From Octopus sinensis (Eukaryota), in contig NC_043003.1 of the NCBI RefSeq assembly GCF_006345805.1, forward strand, positions 68,572,001 to 68,636,000: DNA of 64,000 bases, given 5' to 3'. Each line of letters begins with the position of its first letter. Positions within the stretch are counted from its first letter, which is position 1. Below, in pieces: positions 38,906-54,750 of the stretch. The notes under the pieces are model-generated. The model made no database searches and was not told the DNA's origin. It saw only the letters and a program-made list of their open reading frames with translations. The position numbers and the translations under genes are program-made.

Positions 38906-40600
38906 GCAATAGGATATCAAGAGGTGATGCAGTGTGTCCGTTTCAACAGTCTTCCTTTAAGTGAACAATGGAATAATTACATCAATTTAAATGTATGGCT
39001 ATCCTCAGCTGCATAAATATAGACATAAACAGAAGTTTTTAATCAGTTGGACACATTAATATGATTTTATTCAACCGAGCAAGAAGAGGAGGGAGAAACC
39101 CCATGTAGCTACTAACGAGACTCAGAATATATTACACTTCTGGGGTCTGTATGAAGATTGTTAGGGTCATAGCTTTTAAATGATTTTGTTTCACTTTTAA
39201 TATATTTTTCTTTTTTTATCAACGACCAAATATAAGTTGAGAGAAGTGTCAGTTTAGAATGGATAGACAGAGTGAGTTCGCATTTTATAGTTGGGTATGG
39301 TCATAAATATTGTCAGGATTTAGGAAATGCATAAATAAATTTCTATAAAGGAGACTGGGTAGGGGAAGACCCTAAATCAAGATGTTAATTACCAGTTAAA
39401 GGGGCAAGACGCTAATAAAACCTATGATGTTAATACAGAGGAAATTATCATGGGGTACAATGAATGAATGTATATAAACAATATTGTTATTTTGTATGAA
39501 AATATATTTTCAGACTACTAAAAATTATATTATAACCGGAATAGATAAACTGTGTATATATAGCAATTTTCAACATTAGAAAGGGAAGATTGCACAGAAT
39601 TAGATTAATATTCATACCAGTGCTTAATCATTTATTTATAAGGCGGTTTCTATAAAGACTACTCTGGGTATTTACTTATCGAATACTGGGGCGATAAATC
39701 ATGCTATATTTATATTAGTTATCAACTAAGAATCAGACACAAGTCGGAAAAATAAGTTGTGCACAGATACATACACATATTTAACTATGTGAAAAGATCC
39801 AAATATACACAAATATTTGTACTTTACTATGGGTATTTTAAAATCAACTCTTCTAGATTTAAGTAACTAGAAAGTTTATATTTCTCTTTAACAACATTAA
39901 TAACTTATAAGAGATAAGAGGTTAATAGGTAAAGTTATCAAAATAAGAAAACACAATGATAAGAAATTGTAGAGAATATTAAGAATATATATATATATAT
40001 ATAACTTATTATATACAATACTACACTATATACGACACTAAAGTTAACTTCTCCTGTCTAGGTTCAAGTGCAGCACCTATAAACGCTAATTTCGAAAGTA
40101 TTTAAATGTACGGGTGACACCACGTACGCATGGTATTCTCATGTCTAATTTATCATTAACCAGGTTGCTATTGTCGCTATACTTAAAACTTTCCATAGAA
40201 CACAGCTTGCATCCGTACCGACTATCTCTATGAGGCTGCGCTTTCCTTATAATATCACATTTAAGGCTAAATTCGATTCCGCTTTCTTTCAGTTCCCAAA
40301 TCTTACGAGATATGGACGTACAATTGGCCTTATTTTTTAGCCAAAAAGATGAAAAATGCTTATTAATTGAGTTTTCCATACTTATTGAACATCCTATATA
40401 TACAAAGTTACCAGAGTAAAATTATATTAATGCGTCAAACTGATTTTAAAAATTCCTTTCATTTATCCAGCTGAGGATAGCCCTGCATTTAAATTGATGT
40501 AATGATTGCATTGTTCATTTAAACGGAGTCGCCTGAAACGGTTGTACTGTATCACCTTTTGATAACCTGTTGCTTATTTTGATTTCATTCACCTTACTTG
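38900..40600 (-). mobile_element. 5'-truncated Penelope-like element with inverted terminal repeat
   Basis: Extending ORF 40086-40379 upstream in frame gives FVYIGCS...TSISRKIWELK...IIRKAQP...CKLC...LVN...PC, a GIY-YIG endonuclease C-half. There is a terminal repeat with an HHR at 38927-39014 (-) and an inverted copy at 40465-40552 (+). Confidence 0.85.
40086..40418 (-). pseudogene. Penelope-type GIY-YIG endonuclease remnant
   Basis: YSGNFVYIGCSISMENSINKHFSSF...CTSISRKIWELK...GCKLCSME. Contains the YIG motif and the CxLC motif typical of PLE endonucleases. Confidence 0.8.
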
Positions 40601-40699
40601 TTGTACGGATAACACCGCACTAACCTGATGCTTCACCTTAATTACCTAATTCAATGTATGTATAAATATATATATGTGTGTGTGTGTGTGTGTGTATTA

Positions 40700-43300
<2,601 letters not shown>

Positions 43301-43437
43301 TAATATAACGGAAACCCAAAATGAATCCTTAGGTCCAGCCTTAGCTGTGATCTCGGAAATTAATGGTCAACCAACAACAGCACTTATCCAGTGTACCTAT
43401 TCGTTTAGATCACAGGTTAACTAAACCTCTTATATTC

Positions 43438-43537
<100 letters not shown>

Positions 43538-43750
43538 ACGGAAATGGCAATACAACAAAAGAATGAAAGAGACCTCGATATTATGTAAATAGAGGAATTT
43601 ATCTGAAAATATATGTGACAATTAATCGGTAGCCATGATAAAACTCCGAGTTTCGGATGTCGGGGTGGTCATTCTAATAGCTCTTAATAACGGTCAATCA
43701 CACAGTTATTTCCCTTTCTTTAATTTTTATAAAATTTCTTTCGATGGCCC

Positions 43751-43811
43751 GATAACTGAAGGGATGCAGGCGTGGGTTTCCGCCTCGACATCCGAAACTT
43801 GGAGTTTTATC
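43751..43811 (+). ncRNA. Hammerhead ribozyme-like motif (family 4) with partial inverted copy at 43633-43662
   Basis: GATAA-CTGAAG(G)-GATG...CATC-C-GAAAC-T-TGG-A-GTT-TTATC. Stem I GATAA/TTATC is perfect and stem II has an extended AGGCG/CGCCT helix. A 30-bp inverted repeat links 43633-43662 / 43786-43815. Confidence 0.7.
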
Positions 43812-43874
43812 ATGGTTACTGAATAATTTTCCAATATTATATTTACAGATATATATATATATATATATATATAT

Positions 43875-43909
<35 letters not shown>

Positions 43910-44098
43910 GGAGGGAGATGAGAGATATAAAAGGAGGAAAAATAAGAGCGAAAACCGTTAAGATATCACAAAATTTAATGAGAATTTTACCATCCATAAA
44001 ATATGTATATATTTTCAAAAACGTTTTTATAAAAAGATATTAAAATATGTGAAACGAAGGCAGTTCTCTTCCCCTTTTTATATGTTTTCCACATATTT

Positions 44099-44147
<49 letters not shown>

Positions 44148-44230
44148 AAAACAGTAGCTGGAAATAACATTAATGAACAACAATTGATCTTCATCAATTA
44201 TTTATTAATAATTTACAAAACGATTGCATC

Positions 44231-44348
44231 CCACCTAACAGCTGTATCTGCTGCGATTGGTCTTCGGAATCACCATTATGATGCTAAGAGAATATTTATC
44301 CCAGTTGGTAATAAAACCGATTTGAATCATGGACCTTCATCAGAGTGG
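44231..44348 (-). ncRNA. Degenerate hammerhead motif with long stem II
   Basis: Minus strand reads CCACT-CTGATGA-AGGTCC...GATAC-AGCT-GTT-AGGTGG. It lies at the end of an AT-rich PLE-UTR-like tract (~44140-45130). Confidence 0.5.
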
Positions 44349-45149
44349 TAAAATATATAATAGGAAGAGACAAGAAAAGAAGGAAATGTTGAATATGGTG
44401 AAAGACATGTCATGTTGAGTGTAGAGCCATTAGACGATAAGTAAATGACCAACATTTAAAATAAAAGGGGTATTTGGTGGGAAATGTTTATGTACGGAGG
44501 TGGTATAGCTTAAAGTAAAAGCAATTTATGCAAATAGGATAGGACAAAGGAGGAATAAAAATGCATCAAGTTGTTAGTGATAATTGGTCAGTTAGTATTT
44601 GAGAAGAAAAGGCTAGCTATTAATAAACCGTTATTCTCCGTGGTAACTAAATGAAAGATATATGTTAGAACGGGCTCGAATCCGTTTAAATCAATATAAG
44701 AATAAAAATATAAACCTATAAAAATAGAAAGAAAATAAAATAAGATTAATAAAATAATAATAAAGTTACAAAATTTTCCAATTGGACATTTGGGAATTTT
44801 TATGGTTAAGGGGAGAAGCGTCCAAAATCCATTTAAGTCAACAATAATAATAATTAAAATATATAAATATCAATAAAAATTTACCAGTTGGGAATTGAGA
44901 AATATTGATGGTTAAGGAGAGATGCAAATCAACCGTTGTTCATCAATGTTCCCTCCAAGTTCTGTTTTCTTTAATTTTTGATTTTTGATAAACCCCTGTT
45001 TATCCTTGCCTTTTCCTATAATTTCTGAGCATAATATTTTTGCTAATGTTTAAATATAGGAAATATACTGGTAGTATTTTGGACACTTTTGTCCCTTATA
45101 CGTTTGTTTTACCCTCTATCTCAACTAACCTTATGTATATATATATCAG

Positions 45150-45305
45150 TTCATTTAATCCAGCAGTTCGGCCAAAGATTCCGACAGAACAAATAACAGG
45201 CTTAAAACGATAAATACTGTGATCAATTTGTTCGACTATAATACTTCAAGGCAATGCACCAGCATAACCGCAGTCTACTGGCTGAAACAAACAAAACATA
45301 AAAGA
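45150..45305 (+). mobile_element. SINE tail (family B)
   Basis: GCAGTTCGGCCAAAGA...CCAGCATAACCGCAGTC...CTGAAACAA, diverged from 4470-4587. Confidence 0.65.
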
Positions 45306-45805
45306 TAGTATATATACATATGCATGTGTCTGTTTGTGTCTTTGTATATGTCTGTGTCTGTGTTTGTAAGTCCGTTTGTGGATAGGCATGAAAACGTTGT
45401 ACAGTATAAAAATGTGAAAATATTAATTATGTGATAATAATGAATGGAAAATATGTGAAAGATCATAATTCATAATTGTAAAGCACTGATAACAATGTCA
45501 TAAATACATAGCGGAGTAATTTTAGTAGCGTAGGCAAATTTAAACACGATACAATCAGGTTGTTAGTCACGTAAAACATATTTTCCTACTTCAAAATATT
45601 ACTGTATTAAATTGACGTGACCGAAAGACGATGGGGTGAACATAAGAGAATATAAATTTTAATTATAGTCAAAATGTTGATGATAAAAGTTTACTAGTTT
45701 TAAGTTCCACACAATACATACACTTTATCAGCATAAATATATGTGTATGTATGTATGTATGTATGTATGTATGTATGTATGTATGTATGTATGTATGTAT
45801 GTATG

Positions 45806-45836
<31 letters not shown>

Positions 45837-46970
45837 TCATTTATATAGTGATTTTTGTAAGTGTATATGTATATGCATATTTATATATACGTAATTATGT
45901 GTATGCATTAATGCATATTGGAATATATGTGTGTGGGGGGTGCACATTCACAGATAAATGCCTACAAAGATACACACACACATGCATAATCACCTGCAGT
46001 CTGGTTTTGAAATAATTATTTTTGTTACACTTCCATGGACAATTAATATTTCAAATCGACCTGTACGTGTGTTTGTTGGTATATGTGTGTGTGCATATAT
46101 ATATGTATGTATGTGTGTGTTATACATATACATTGATATATACCTATACACATGCATGTATACATACATACATACATACATACATACATACATACATACA
46201 TACATACATACATACATGCATGCATGCAGGCATACCTACCTACATACATACATGCGTACGTACGTACATACATACATACATGCGTACGTACGTACATACA
46301 TACATACATACGTACGTACGTACGTACATACATACATACATACGTACATACATACATACATACATACATACATACATACATACATACATACATACATACA
46401 TAGAACATAAACTATTGCCTTAATGTTTATTTGCTTATATCTTTGAAATTTTCGTAATAATTCAGGACTGTAATGAAATTTATTTCTTGTATAGATGACC
46501 ATGATAATTACGAGTGTGTAATATCGATTCGTTTAATGGCAATGATTTTTTTCATGTCACACTTTGAAAAGAAGATTTAACGATTTTAAATTTAAAATTA
46601 TGTTCTTCGCAACACTGTATAGCTGGTACATCACAGAACATTAGAAGATAAATTACCAAAGATGATCCTGAAAGGAATTATTTATTACTTTTATCAGAAT
46701 GGACAGAATAGCAAGTTCTTCAAATATGTCGAAAGCTCTTTTAAATTTGCAAAGGTTTTAGTTATTATCTGATGTACCATAGTTCCAACGATTCAACTTC
46801 ACACTGGAAAGCGATTATGGTCATATAAATGAAGAACGAAAATGGGAGGAGAATCTTCATATCTTTAAAACATTTTCACACCTGTAAACAAGGATGACAG
46901 TTTACAGAAAATATGTTTATACATCTGGATATTGCTATATTTCCCATACACAAACACATATACATACATA

Positions 46971-47011
<41 letters not shown>

Positions 47012-47021
47012 TATATGCATA

Positions 47022-47068
<47 letters not shown>

Positions 47069-47494
47069 TGTATGACAGCATCTGATGACCTGGTCGACAT
47101 TTTGATACTTTGACACATACATAAATATGTATATGTATGTGTGTATGTATGTATGTATGTATGTATGTATATATATATGTATATATATTAAGCAAATACA
47201 AAAAACAAAATAACAAATCTCCAAAGGACACCTCAAAGGAAGCCAAGAAATTCAAGAGTAAAAGTTTAGGAGTAAAATGATAACGGTTCGGACATATAAT
47301 TTCGTCAGGTACTAGAGAAAAGCCCCGCAGAGACGGAGGGGAGAAAGAAGTGTCTAAGGGAGATAAAATTAATAATGAGAAAGATGATAGCGCATGCGAC
47401 AGGAAAATATGACATGTATGTATATATCATATATATATTCATGGTGATTTGAGGGTCTTTTGCAGTTCATGCATACATAGAATATCAGATTCAA

Positions 47495-47640
47495 ATTTTG
47501 GCACGATGCCATCAAGTTAGGGGGAGGGAGAAAGTCGATTACATCAACCCCGGAATTTGAACTCAGAACGGAAATACGGACGAAATACTGCTAAAAATTT
47601 TGCCCGGCATGCTACCGTTCCTGCCAACTCGCTACCTTCT
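47495..47640 (-). mobile_element. SINE family C (internally deleted)
   Basis: AAGTCGATTACATCAACCCC-GGAATTTGAACTCAGAACG...TTTGCCCGGCATGCTA...CTGCCAACTCGC. Confidence 0.75.
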
Positions 47641-47824
47641 CCTGTACCTAAAATATTGATAATTTGATATTGTTTTGAATATATTTCTAATCTTGTAATT
47701 GCCTGTTATCTCAATGTTTATATACATATGGATACACATACACACACATACACACACACATACATATATATATGTATATATATATATGTATTATATATAT
47801 ATATAATATATATATATATATTAT

Positions 47825-47858
<34 letters not shown>

Positions 47859-47861
47859 CAA

Positions 47862-47919
<58 letters not shown>

Positions 47920-48024
47920 TTATATATACATATATATAAATACATACATTCATATACATATATATATACATATCGCTAGCCACTACACATTCTTTACTTT
48001 CTCTCCTTGTTTCTTTTTGTGTTC

Positions 48025-48060
48025 CTTTCTTTGGAAGAGCTTAGGCTCGAAACGTAAAAG
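48025..48060 (+). ncRNA. Minimal hammerhead-like motif (family 2), core mutated
   Basis: CTTT-CTTTGGA-A-GAGC-TTAG-GCTC-GAAAC-GTA-AAAG. Stems I and II are perfect and stem III is the palindromic ACGT. The CUGANGA box is degenerate. It lies within repeat 47975-48152, flanked by (TA)n. Confidence 0.6.
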
Positions 48061-48150
48061 ACTTTTTCATTTCCCGAGCGTTAAACTAATACATCTGTTT
48101 GTTGTCTACACTACCTGCCTTCGTCTTTAGCTTTTTTGTGATTTCACCCT

Positions 48151-48233
<83 letters not shown>

Positions 48234-48419
48234 CTCAGCACTGCTCAGGGCCAGCAGTCAAGGAATTTGTTCCGATATTTGTCCAACAAAACAAGATTTT
48301 GAAGAAAGCAAAAAACAAAAGGGAAAACGAAACAACAAAAAATACTAACTGAACTAGGGGAAAAAAGATAAGACAAAGGAATTTAAAATATAAATATATA
48401 CATACATAAAGCTGTCCTA

Positions 48420-49040
48420 AAATGTCATCCCGATACTACCTCCCTATGCAGTACGATGTTGTTGCTAAAACAATTTATAATGCCATCCATGAAAAAGACT
48501 CCTGAAATAAACTTAGAAAATCCGTCTGTTATGGAATACATCCATAAACACCAACTCAAGGAATACTGGTGGAATATTCCCAACAAAACATCCGTCAAAT
48601 GTACAAATAACAGCCCGGATATTGTTGTTTGAGACATAGGGGCAAAGTTATGTTCCATCATAGAGGTCAGCTGTTCTGCAAATAGAAATATCACCTTGAA
48701 AATTTAAGAAAAAGAGGATGTCTATGGACAACTGCTTTCAAACCTCCAGCTTCTATATCCATACTATGAATTCATATTCATACCAATAAATGGGGCACTA
48801 GGTTTTGTTAGTACACGCTTAAAGGAGAATCTGCATAAACTGGCATTTTCAGAAAGAGAAATAGACCTTCTAATTCGTACATTACAAGTGCAATCTGTGA
48901 GTGGAACAATAAAAACATGCAAGACTTTTCTCAAGTTCCAAATGAGAATTTGTCTGTGTTAACTCTAGTTCGGAGGGAGCCTCACCTCTTTGTTGCAAAC
49001 TGGCTCCATCCTCAGTGGAAGAATTATAATAATTAAAAAT
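48420..49040 (+). mobile_element. RLE-type (R4-like) non-LTR retrotransposon 3' fragment
   Basis: Plus-strand translation with stops: YWWNIPNKTSVKCTNNSPDIVV*D...IIEVSC...EKEDVY...FIPI..GALG...SVSGTIKTCKTFL, a PD-(D/E)xK endonuclease. Confidence 0.75.
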
Positions 49041-49113
49041 TAGAAGAGACGCATACATACATACATACATACAAATATATATATATACATGTGTGTGTGT
49101 GTATGTTTGTTTG

Positions 49114-49166
<53 letters not shown>

Positions 49167-49200
49167 TGTGTGTGTGTGTGTATGTGTGTGTGTGTGTGTG

Positions 49201-49340
49201 TAAAAGCAGCAGAAATATAACAATGTAACAATATAGCTTTTGTTATATTCTGCTGCTTTTAAATAAAGAATATTACTCTACTTCTGGTATTTGAGTACTC
49301 TTTTTTCCACCTTGATTCACATTTATATGCTTACTCCGGT
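49201..49340. mobile_element. Small hairpin-containing repeat between microsatellites
   Basis: Inverted repeat TAAAAGCAGCAGAAATATAACAA (49201-49223) / TTGTTATATTCTGCTGCTTTTA (49240-49261). Confidence 0.6.
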
Positions 49341-50399
49341 ATATATATATATATATAACTCTTATACCTTTCATAACGTTCATATTTTCACTTTCTTTTT
49401 CCCGTTTTAGTTTTTGTGGTTGAGATGGAATAAAAATTGCCGGAAAGCTGGTAAATACTGTAGAAGTGAACCGACATTACTCTCACTCTTTTCGCTAAAG
49501 TATACACTGTGTTTCAACCACAGCACGGATTTATAGATTATGTTAAAATCTTTGGAAAATGCACGAATGTGAATGTATTCACAGATATATCCATAAACAC
49601 ATACTATCATTACATTGTCTAATTTACTCACCAATGTTTTGTTTCTCTGTGTGTGTGCGTGCGTGCGTGCGTAAGTGTATATGTGTGTGTGTGCGCGCTT
49701 GTGTGTGTTTGTGTGTATACTCCAATATGGCAGTTGTCCAATGTCTGCAGTAGCTAAAAGAACAAAACTGTAGATGTGTATATGAACAAGAACTAAGTCG
49801 ATGAAAATATGCGTATATGCATATATGTGTGTATGTATATACTCAAAACCTAACAAAAAAGACCTATTTAATTTAATTCCCCGAATATTTGTATATGAAA
49901 CAAACATAAAAATTTCTATCGATTTATTTTATATACTTTATATTTCTGTGTTATGAACGATTTGTTTTTCTAATATTTTTTTTTCTATTTTAAATATTCC
50001 ATTTATTGAATATTTGAAGCCAATTTTTTTCTTGATAATTCAATTCCCAGCTTTGGTTTGCTATTACAAAACTTGAATCACTGTTTGACGTTTAAAAAAA
50101 AATAATGAATGAATTTTCATATAATTGTCTTTAATCTCTAACTAAATCATAATGCCAGTCAAATGCTCATTTTTATAAAAAATAAACTTTGTAAAATAAA
50201 TAGTCTACTTTCCTTCTTTCTTTTTCACTCTTTTGAAGACTACGTATTATATCACAATTTAAATCGCCTCGAATATTCAACAAGAAATCGCCAATTATCA
50301 GTCTGGCTCTCTACTCGTTTTAGAGAGGTGCATTGACTTCTAAAGCAAAGAATGAGTTAGAGATTAACAAAAAATAAATCATCGATTTATTAAATCGAC

Positions 50400-50795
50400 T
50401 GAGAAAACACATGAGTCATTGATTTTTCATTTCTCGTTGACACAGCGAATTGAGATAGTTGATTGCCAAAAGAAATTTTGCTCACGTCCATATTAGTTTA
50501 ATAACAGGTCACCGTTGCGACGTCATTATTCAAGCAACAATTTAACAACTTAAACCAATTCATTACATTACTTCTTCTACCACTTTCTTTGTTTCTTTCC
50601 CTCACATTCGAGAGAGACGGAGAAACAAACAGTATATAAATATCGGTGTCCGTATTGTATTTCAACGACACCAGAAATAAGAAGTGTTTCGTTTATATCG
50701 TAGTGGAAGTTAATTTATAAACTGGCTTCATATGACAAATCTCTCACTGAAAAGGCTTCGATAAATTAATCTCGGATACAAAGTTCAAAGTATGT
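50400..50795 (+). promoter_or_regulatory. Candidate Pol II promoter with short first exon
   Basis: AP-1 TGAGTCA 50412-50418, CRE-like CGACGTCA 50518-50525, CCAAT 50555-50559, TATATAAA 50633-50640, a YR start ~50663-50664 (30 bp downstream) and donor-like AAA|GTATGT at 50789/50790. Non-repetitive context. Confidence 0.45.
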
Positions 50796-51046
50796 TAGTG
50801 GTTTGCGGTATTGCTTGTTTTTAGTTTTGTTGGTTATGTTGTTGTTGGTAGTAGCAGTAGTAGTAGTAGTTTAGTAGCAGCAGCAGAGCTGTTTGCTATA
50901 GTTGGTGTTGTACCCATTCCTATGATTTCGTACCTGATATATTTTTGTAAATTCTCAAGATACTTGTGCATATTAAACATATATATGTATATAAGTCTCA
51001 AGATACTGGTGTATACATATATATGTATATATATATATGTTGTATG

Positions 51047-51106
<60 letters not shown>

Positions 51107-51587
51107 TGTTGTATATATATATGCTAGTGCATATTATATATATATATATGGTACTGAATATATCATATATATATATGTTTTTACACTGGTGTATATATAA
51201 ATAAAGATGTATTATTGCAATTATTTATAGTAATAATAAGGTGGCTAGCACGTTCACACCTTTACAGGTACAATATAGAGTAAGTTAAGATACAGTAGGG
51301 TATATAATACCACTTGCTAAAATCAGAGTCATTGCTCCAAAAACCACCATAAAACTTAGGATAAACTTACACACGAGCAATGCAATGAGTATATGAGACA
51401 TAGGCTTACCTTTGCGTTGAATACATCAGTAAGTAGTGTATATTTCAATAACAATTGATTTCACTCTTTTCATGACAAACATGCTCGGCGATCTTCAGTT
51501 TAAACTAACAATTTAATATATATTTCTAAAATATTCACTACGTTAGCTCGTGTGTGTCCTTATCGTATATATATATATATATATATC

Positions 51588-51786
51588 ACATGATCACATG
51601 ACCGACAAGGCCAACCGAAGTAAGAGTGAGAGAAAGTTGTGTTGAAAGAGTACAGCAGGGGTCACCACTACACCCTACCGGAGCATCGAGGAGCTCAATA
51701 AACACTCACAACACCCGGTCTGGGAATCGAAACCGTGATTCTACGACCGCGAGTCATCTGCCCTAACCACTGGGCTATTGCGCCTC

Positions 51787-51788
<2 letters not shown>
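51588..51788 (-). mobile_element. tRNA-derived SINE family E
   Basis: Minus strand begins GGAGGCGCAATAGCCCAGTGGTTAGGG...GGTTTCGATTCCC. Homologous to 41922-42088. Confidence 0.8.
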
Positions 51789-51817
<29 letters not shown>

Positions 51818-51827
51818 GTATGTATAC

Positions 51828-51860
<33 letters not shown>

Positions 51861-51867
51861 ATATATA

Positions 51868-51909
<42 letters not shown>

Positions 51910-52246
51910 ATATTATATATATAATCAGCTTCGCTTTCACTTCTCAGAATGTATGAGGAGTAATATGCTTGCGGGTTATTAACATCACGCCCTGTAGGTA
52001 TGAATAAGATGACAGGAGACTATCATCAAATTTATACAAAGTTGTTTGATTAAATATACTTTTTCTTTCCTTTTTTCTGTCGTCTTCTTGTTTCTGTTTT
52101 TTTTTTCTGTCTTTCTCTTTTGCCTGTTATAAAATTGTAACTTAAAAAGCTGATGATGACATTCCATCAACGTGTGGACACTGGTTGATCTCGTTCATAC
52201 TTTACATTTAAATTTCTGTAATTTTGAATTTTTATCACTTCTTATT

Positions 52247-52296
52247 TTGAACTTGACAAAGACAGACGTACTGTTGAAAAAGCTTTCAACTAATAA
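52247..52296 (+). ncRNA. Hammerhead-like motif, U3-A8 core variant
   Basis: TTGAAC-TTGACAA-A-GACAG-ACGTA-CTGTT-GAAA-AGCT-TTCAA, followed by AATAAA. Confidence 0.5.
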
Positions 52297-52392
52297 AATA
52301 TCTTACAATCGAATCGCGCTCTTCGTCTCGACAGTTGTTATTATTATTATTATTATCATTATTATTATTATTGTTTATTATTATTATTATTA

Positions 52393-53557
52393 CTTTTTTG
52401 TTCTCTTCTTTCACATTTGCTTCCATTTCTTGCCGAGTGTCTTCCCGACTCCTAGGGCAAAGAAACTCATAGTATACATTGGTAGGCCATTAAACCAAAC
52501 TCAATAGTTCGTTCATTTTATTTTTTTTTTTTAAGTTAAATTAAAATACATGAGCAGCAACAGTTCTCACATCGACAATGCTCTTCTCAATACGTGTGAT
52601 GTACCAGTTAAGACAATCCTTTGCACTTCTTGCAGGGATGGTAAGCCAGGGATCATTCTCATATAATTTTCGGTTCCCTTCTTGATCATTCCTAGTGCTC
52701 CTACGATCACTGGTATTGTAACCGCCTTGAGATGCCACATTTTCTCAATTTCAATGAGTAGGTCTTTATACTTTCTGAGCTTGTCAAACTCTTTCGCTGA
52801 GATATTATGATCACAGGGGATGCTCATGTCGATCAATAAGCAAACTTTATTGTTTTGGTCTTTCACAACAATATCTGGTTTATTGGCCTTGATGGTTCGG
52901 TCTGTATGTACTGGAATGTCCCACAGAATGGTTACATTTTCTCCTTCAGTTACAGCTTTAGGGTGGTGATTATACCACTTGTCGGCAGTTTTGATATTGT
53001 AATGCCGACTTATTAGCCAGTGTAGATATTGGCCAACTCTGTCATGTCTTAATTATACTCCACTGGTGCTAAGACTTTACATCCAGAGATTAGGTGGTCC
53101 ACTGTTTCAATCATGTCGTTGCAGAATCGGCATTTTGGGTCTGCTCCTTTTTTCATCACATTGGCTGGTAGTTCCGGGTTATAGGCTTTGATCTTGAGCA
53201 GCCAGGATGAAACCTTCGCTCTCTGCTTTTAGCCCTGAGCTCCGTAGCCACTGATGGGTTTGCTTCTGGTCAACATCAGCTTGTTTGCTGCGGGTCACAT
53301 ATTTGCCGTGCAGAGGTTTCTCCTCCCACCTATCAGCCAATTGCTCGTGCGCTTTTTTCATTGTCATCATTTTCACCTTCTTTGCAACAATAGTTGCCGT
53401 ACTTCCCTCGGGTTGTTCAGTTTGGGTATCCTGCACGAGATCAATAGCAAATTTTTTGCTTTCCTTTATAATAGAATGAAGCTTCTTTCGTCTCTCGTGA
53501 TTTTCCACGAGCTTTAGCATCCAGTCATTCGATATTTCGAGATATTTGGCCAGTCCA

Positions 53558-53558
<1 letters not shown>
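52393..53558 (-). mobile_element. R4/Dong-clade non-LTR retrotransposon 3' half inserted in (TAA)n
   Basis: KPLHGKY, ESEGFILAAQDQSL, zinc knuckle CRFC...ETVDHLISGC, RHD, NKPDIVV...IDMSIP...KYKDL...VIVGALG. (TAA)n tracts on both sides. Confidence 0.93.
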
Positions 53559-53625
<67 letters not shown>

Positions 53626-53627
<2 letters not shown>

Positions 53628-53984
53628 TATGTTTGACTTTTGCTTTATATTTGTACAAGTTGACTCCAAGTCTCACCCAGAGACCTCAAGAGACAACAGG
53701 CTGGAAGTTCATGTTGTTGTTATGCCTAGTGTGCCATATATTTGGGGGGAGTTTTTGGAGTTGTACTAATGATTGTCTAAAAAAAAAATAATAATATTTT
53801 TTTTTTAAACCGAAAATTATGTTTGTTTTAAACCTTGAGATTACATAGAAAGTATTTTGCTTAGGATATGAGCAGTTCCCATGAGCACTATCTTTTGAAT
53901 TTCTGCCATTTTTGGGGTTCCTGGTATCTGAGTTAGGTAGCTATCAGCCCCTTTTGCTATCATTCCCAGGGCACCTATGACGAC
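53626..53984 (-). mobile_element. Second R4/Dong-family 3' end in (TAA)n
   Basis: Minus strand VVIGALGMIAKGADSYLTQIPGTPKMAEIQKIVLMGTAHILSKILSM* plus a different 3'UTR. (TAA)n on both sides. Confidence 0.88.
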
Positions 53985-54115
<131 letters not shown>

Positions 54116-54138
54116 CATTATTATTATTATTATTATTA

Positions 54139-54363
54139 TTCAGATCACTGCTTGGAATCGAACTCGGAATCTTGGGGTTAGTACCTCGCGCTATTAACCA
54201 CTATACCACATGGAGGTTCGAAGTTTCTCTAAGACACTTGATGAAGGCTGGACGGTATATCAGGCGAAACGTTGTGTTAACAACAAACAAGATGAGGACA
54301 AATATCCGTCAAATGTAAATAATGTAAATAATGTACATAATTCCATGTCTCTTAAATATAGAA
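54139..54363. mobile_element. HHR-SINE (family 1) copy with inverted head and forward tail
   Basis: 54139-54210 is the reverse complement of the tRNA-like head. 54213-54363 is the tail, with HHR GACAC-TTGATGA-A-GGCTG-GACGGTATAT-CAGGC-GAAAC-GTT-GTGTT (54233-54278). Confidence 0.85.
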
Positions 54364-54750
54364 CTGAAGAAGAAGTACTTCAATGACAAAGTCGCGAAAA
54401 TAACGGACCAAAAGGTAACTGGATACGTGAAGAATATATTTCTGCTCAATATGCATATTTTACAGCGACCCTCTGTACAAGAAAATTAAACTACAAGAAG
54501 ACATTGTTTATAGAATGTGAAGGAAAAATAACTCAGACCTACATATATCAGCTTTCCTGAAAATACAAAGAAAACACGCAAGGTGCAAGAAAACATAAAA
54601 CTCAAAGAAATAACACTGCCAGAGAAACTCATTACTAAAAGAAACCAACGAAACCTGAGAACAATGACAGCACAATGGTCGGCAAAACTACACTCAAAAT
54701 AACTGAAACAAGGAAAAAGGCTTAAATATAAAACGGTTTAGTTCTTAATG

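Noticed and set aside
45744-46401. (TATG)n and (CATA)n tracts in opposite orientation
   Set aside because: Complementarity is expected by chance given the abundance of this microsatellite.
47090-47330. CTGATGA (~47082) and minus-strand CTGACGA (~47300) core-like heptamers
   Set aside because: No matching GAAAC, stem I and cleavage triplet could be assembled. The motifs at ~10420-10510, 20325-20347, 51445-51500 and 57260-57300 are similarly weak and were not called as HHR features.
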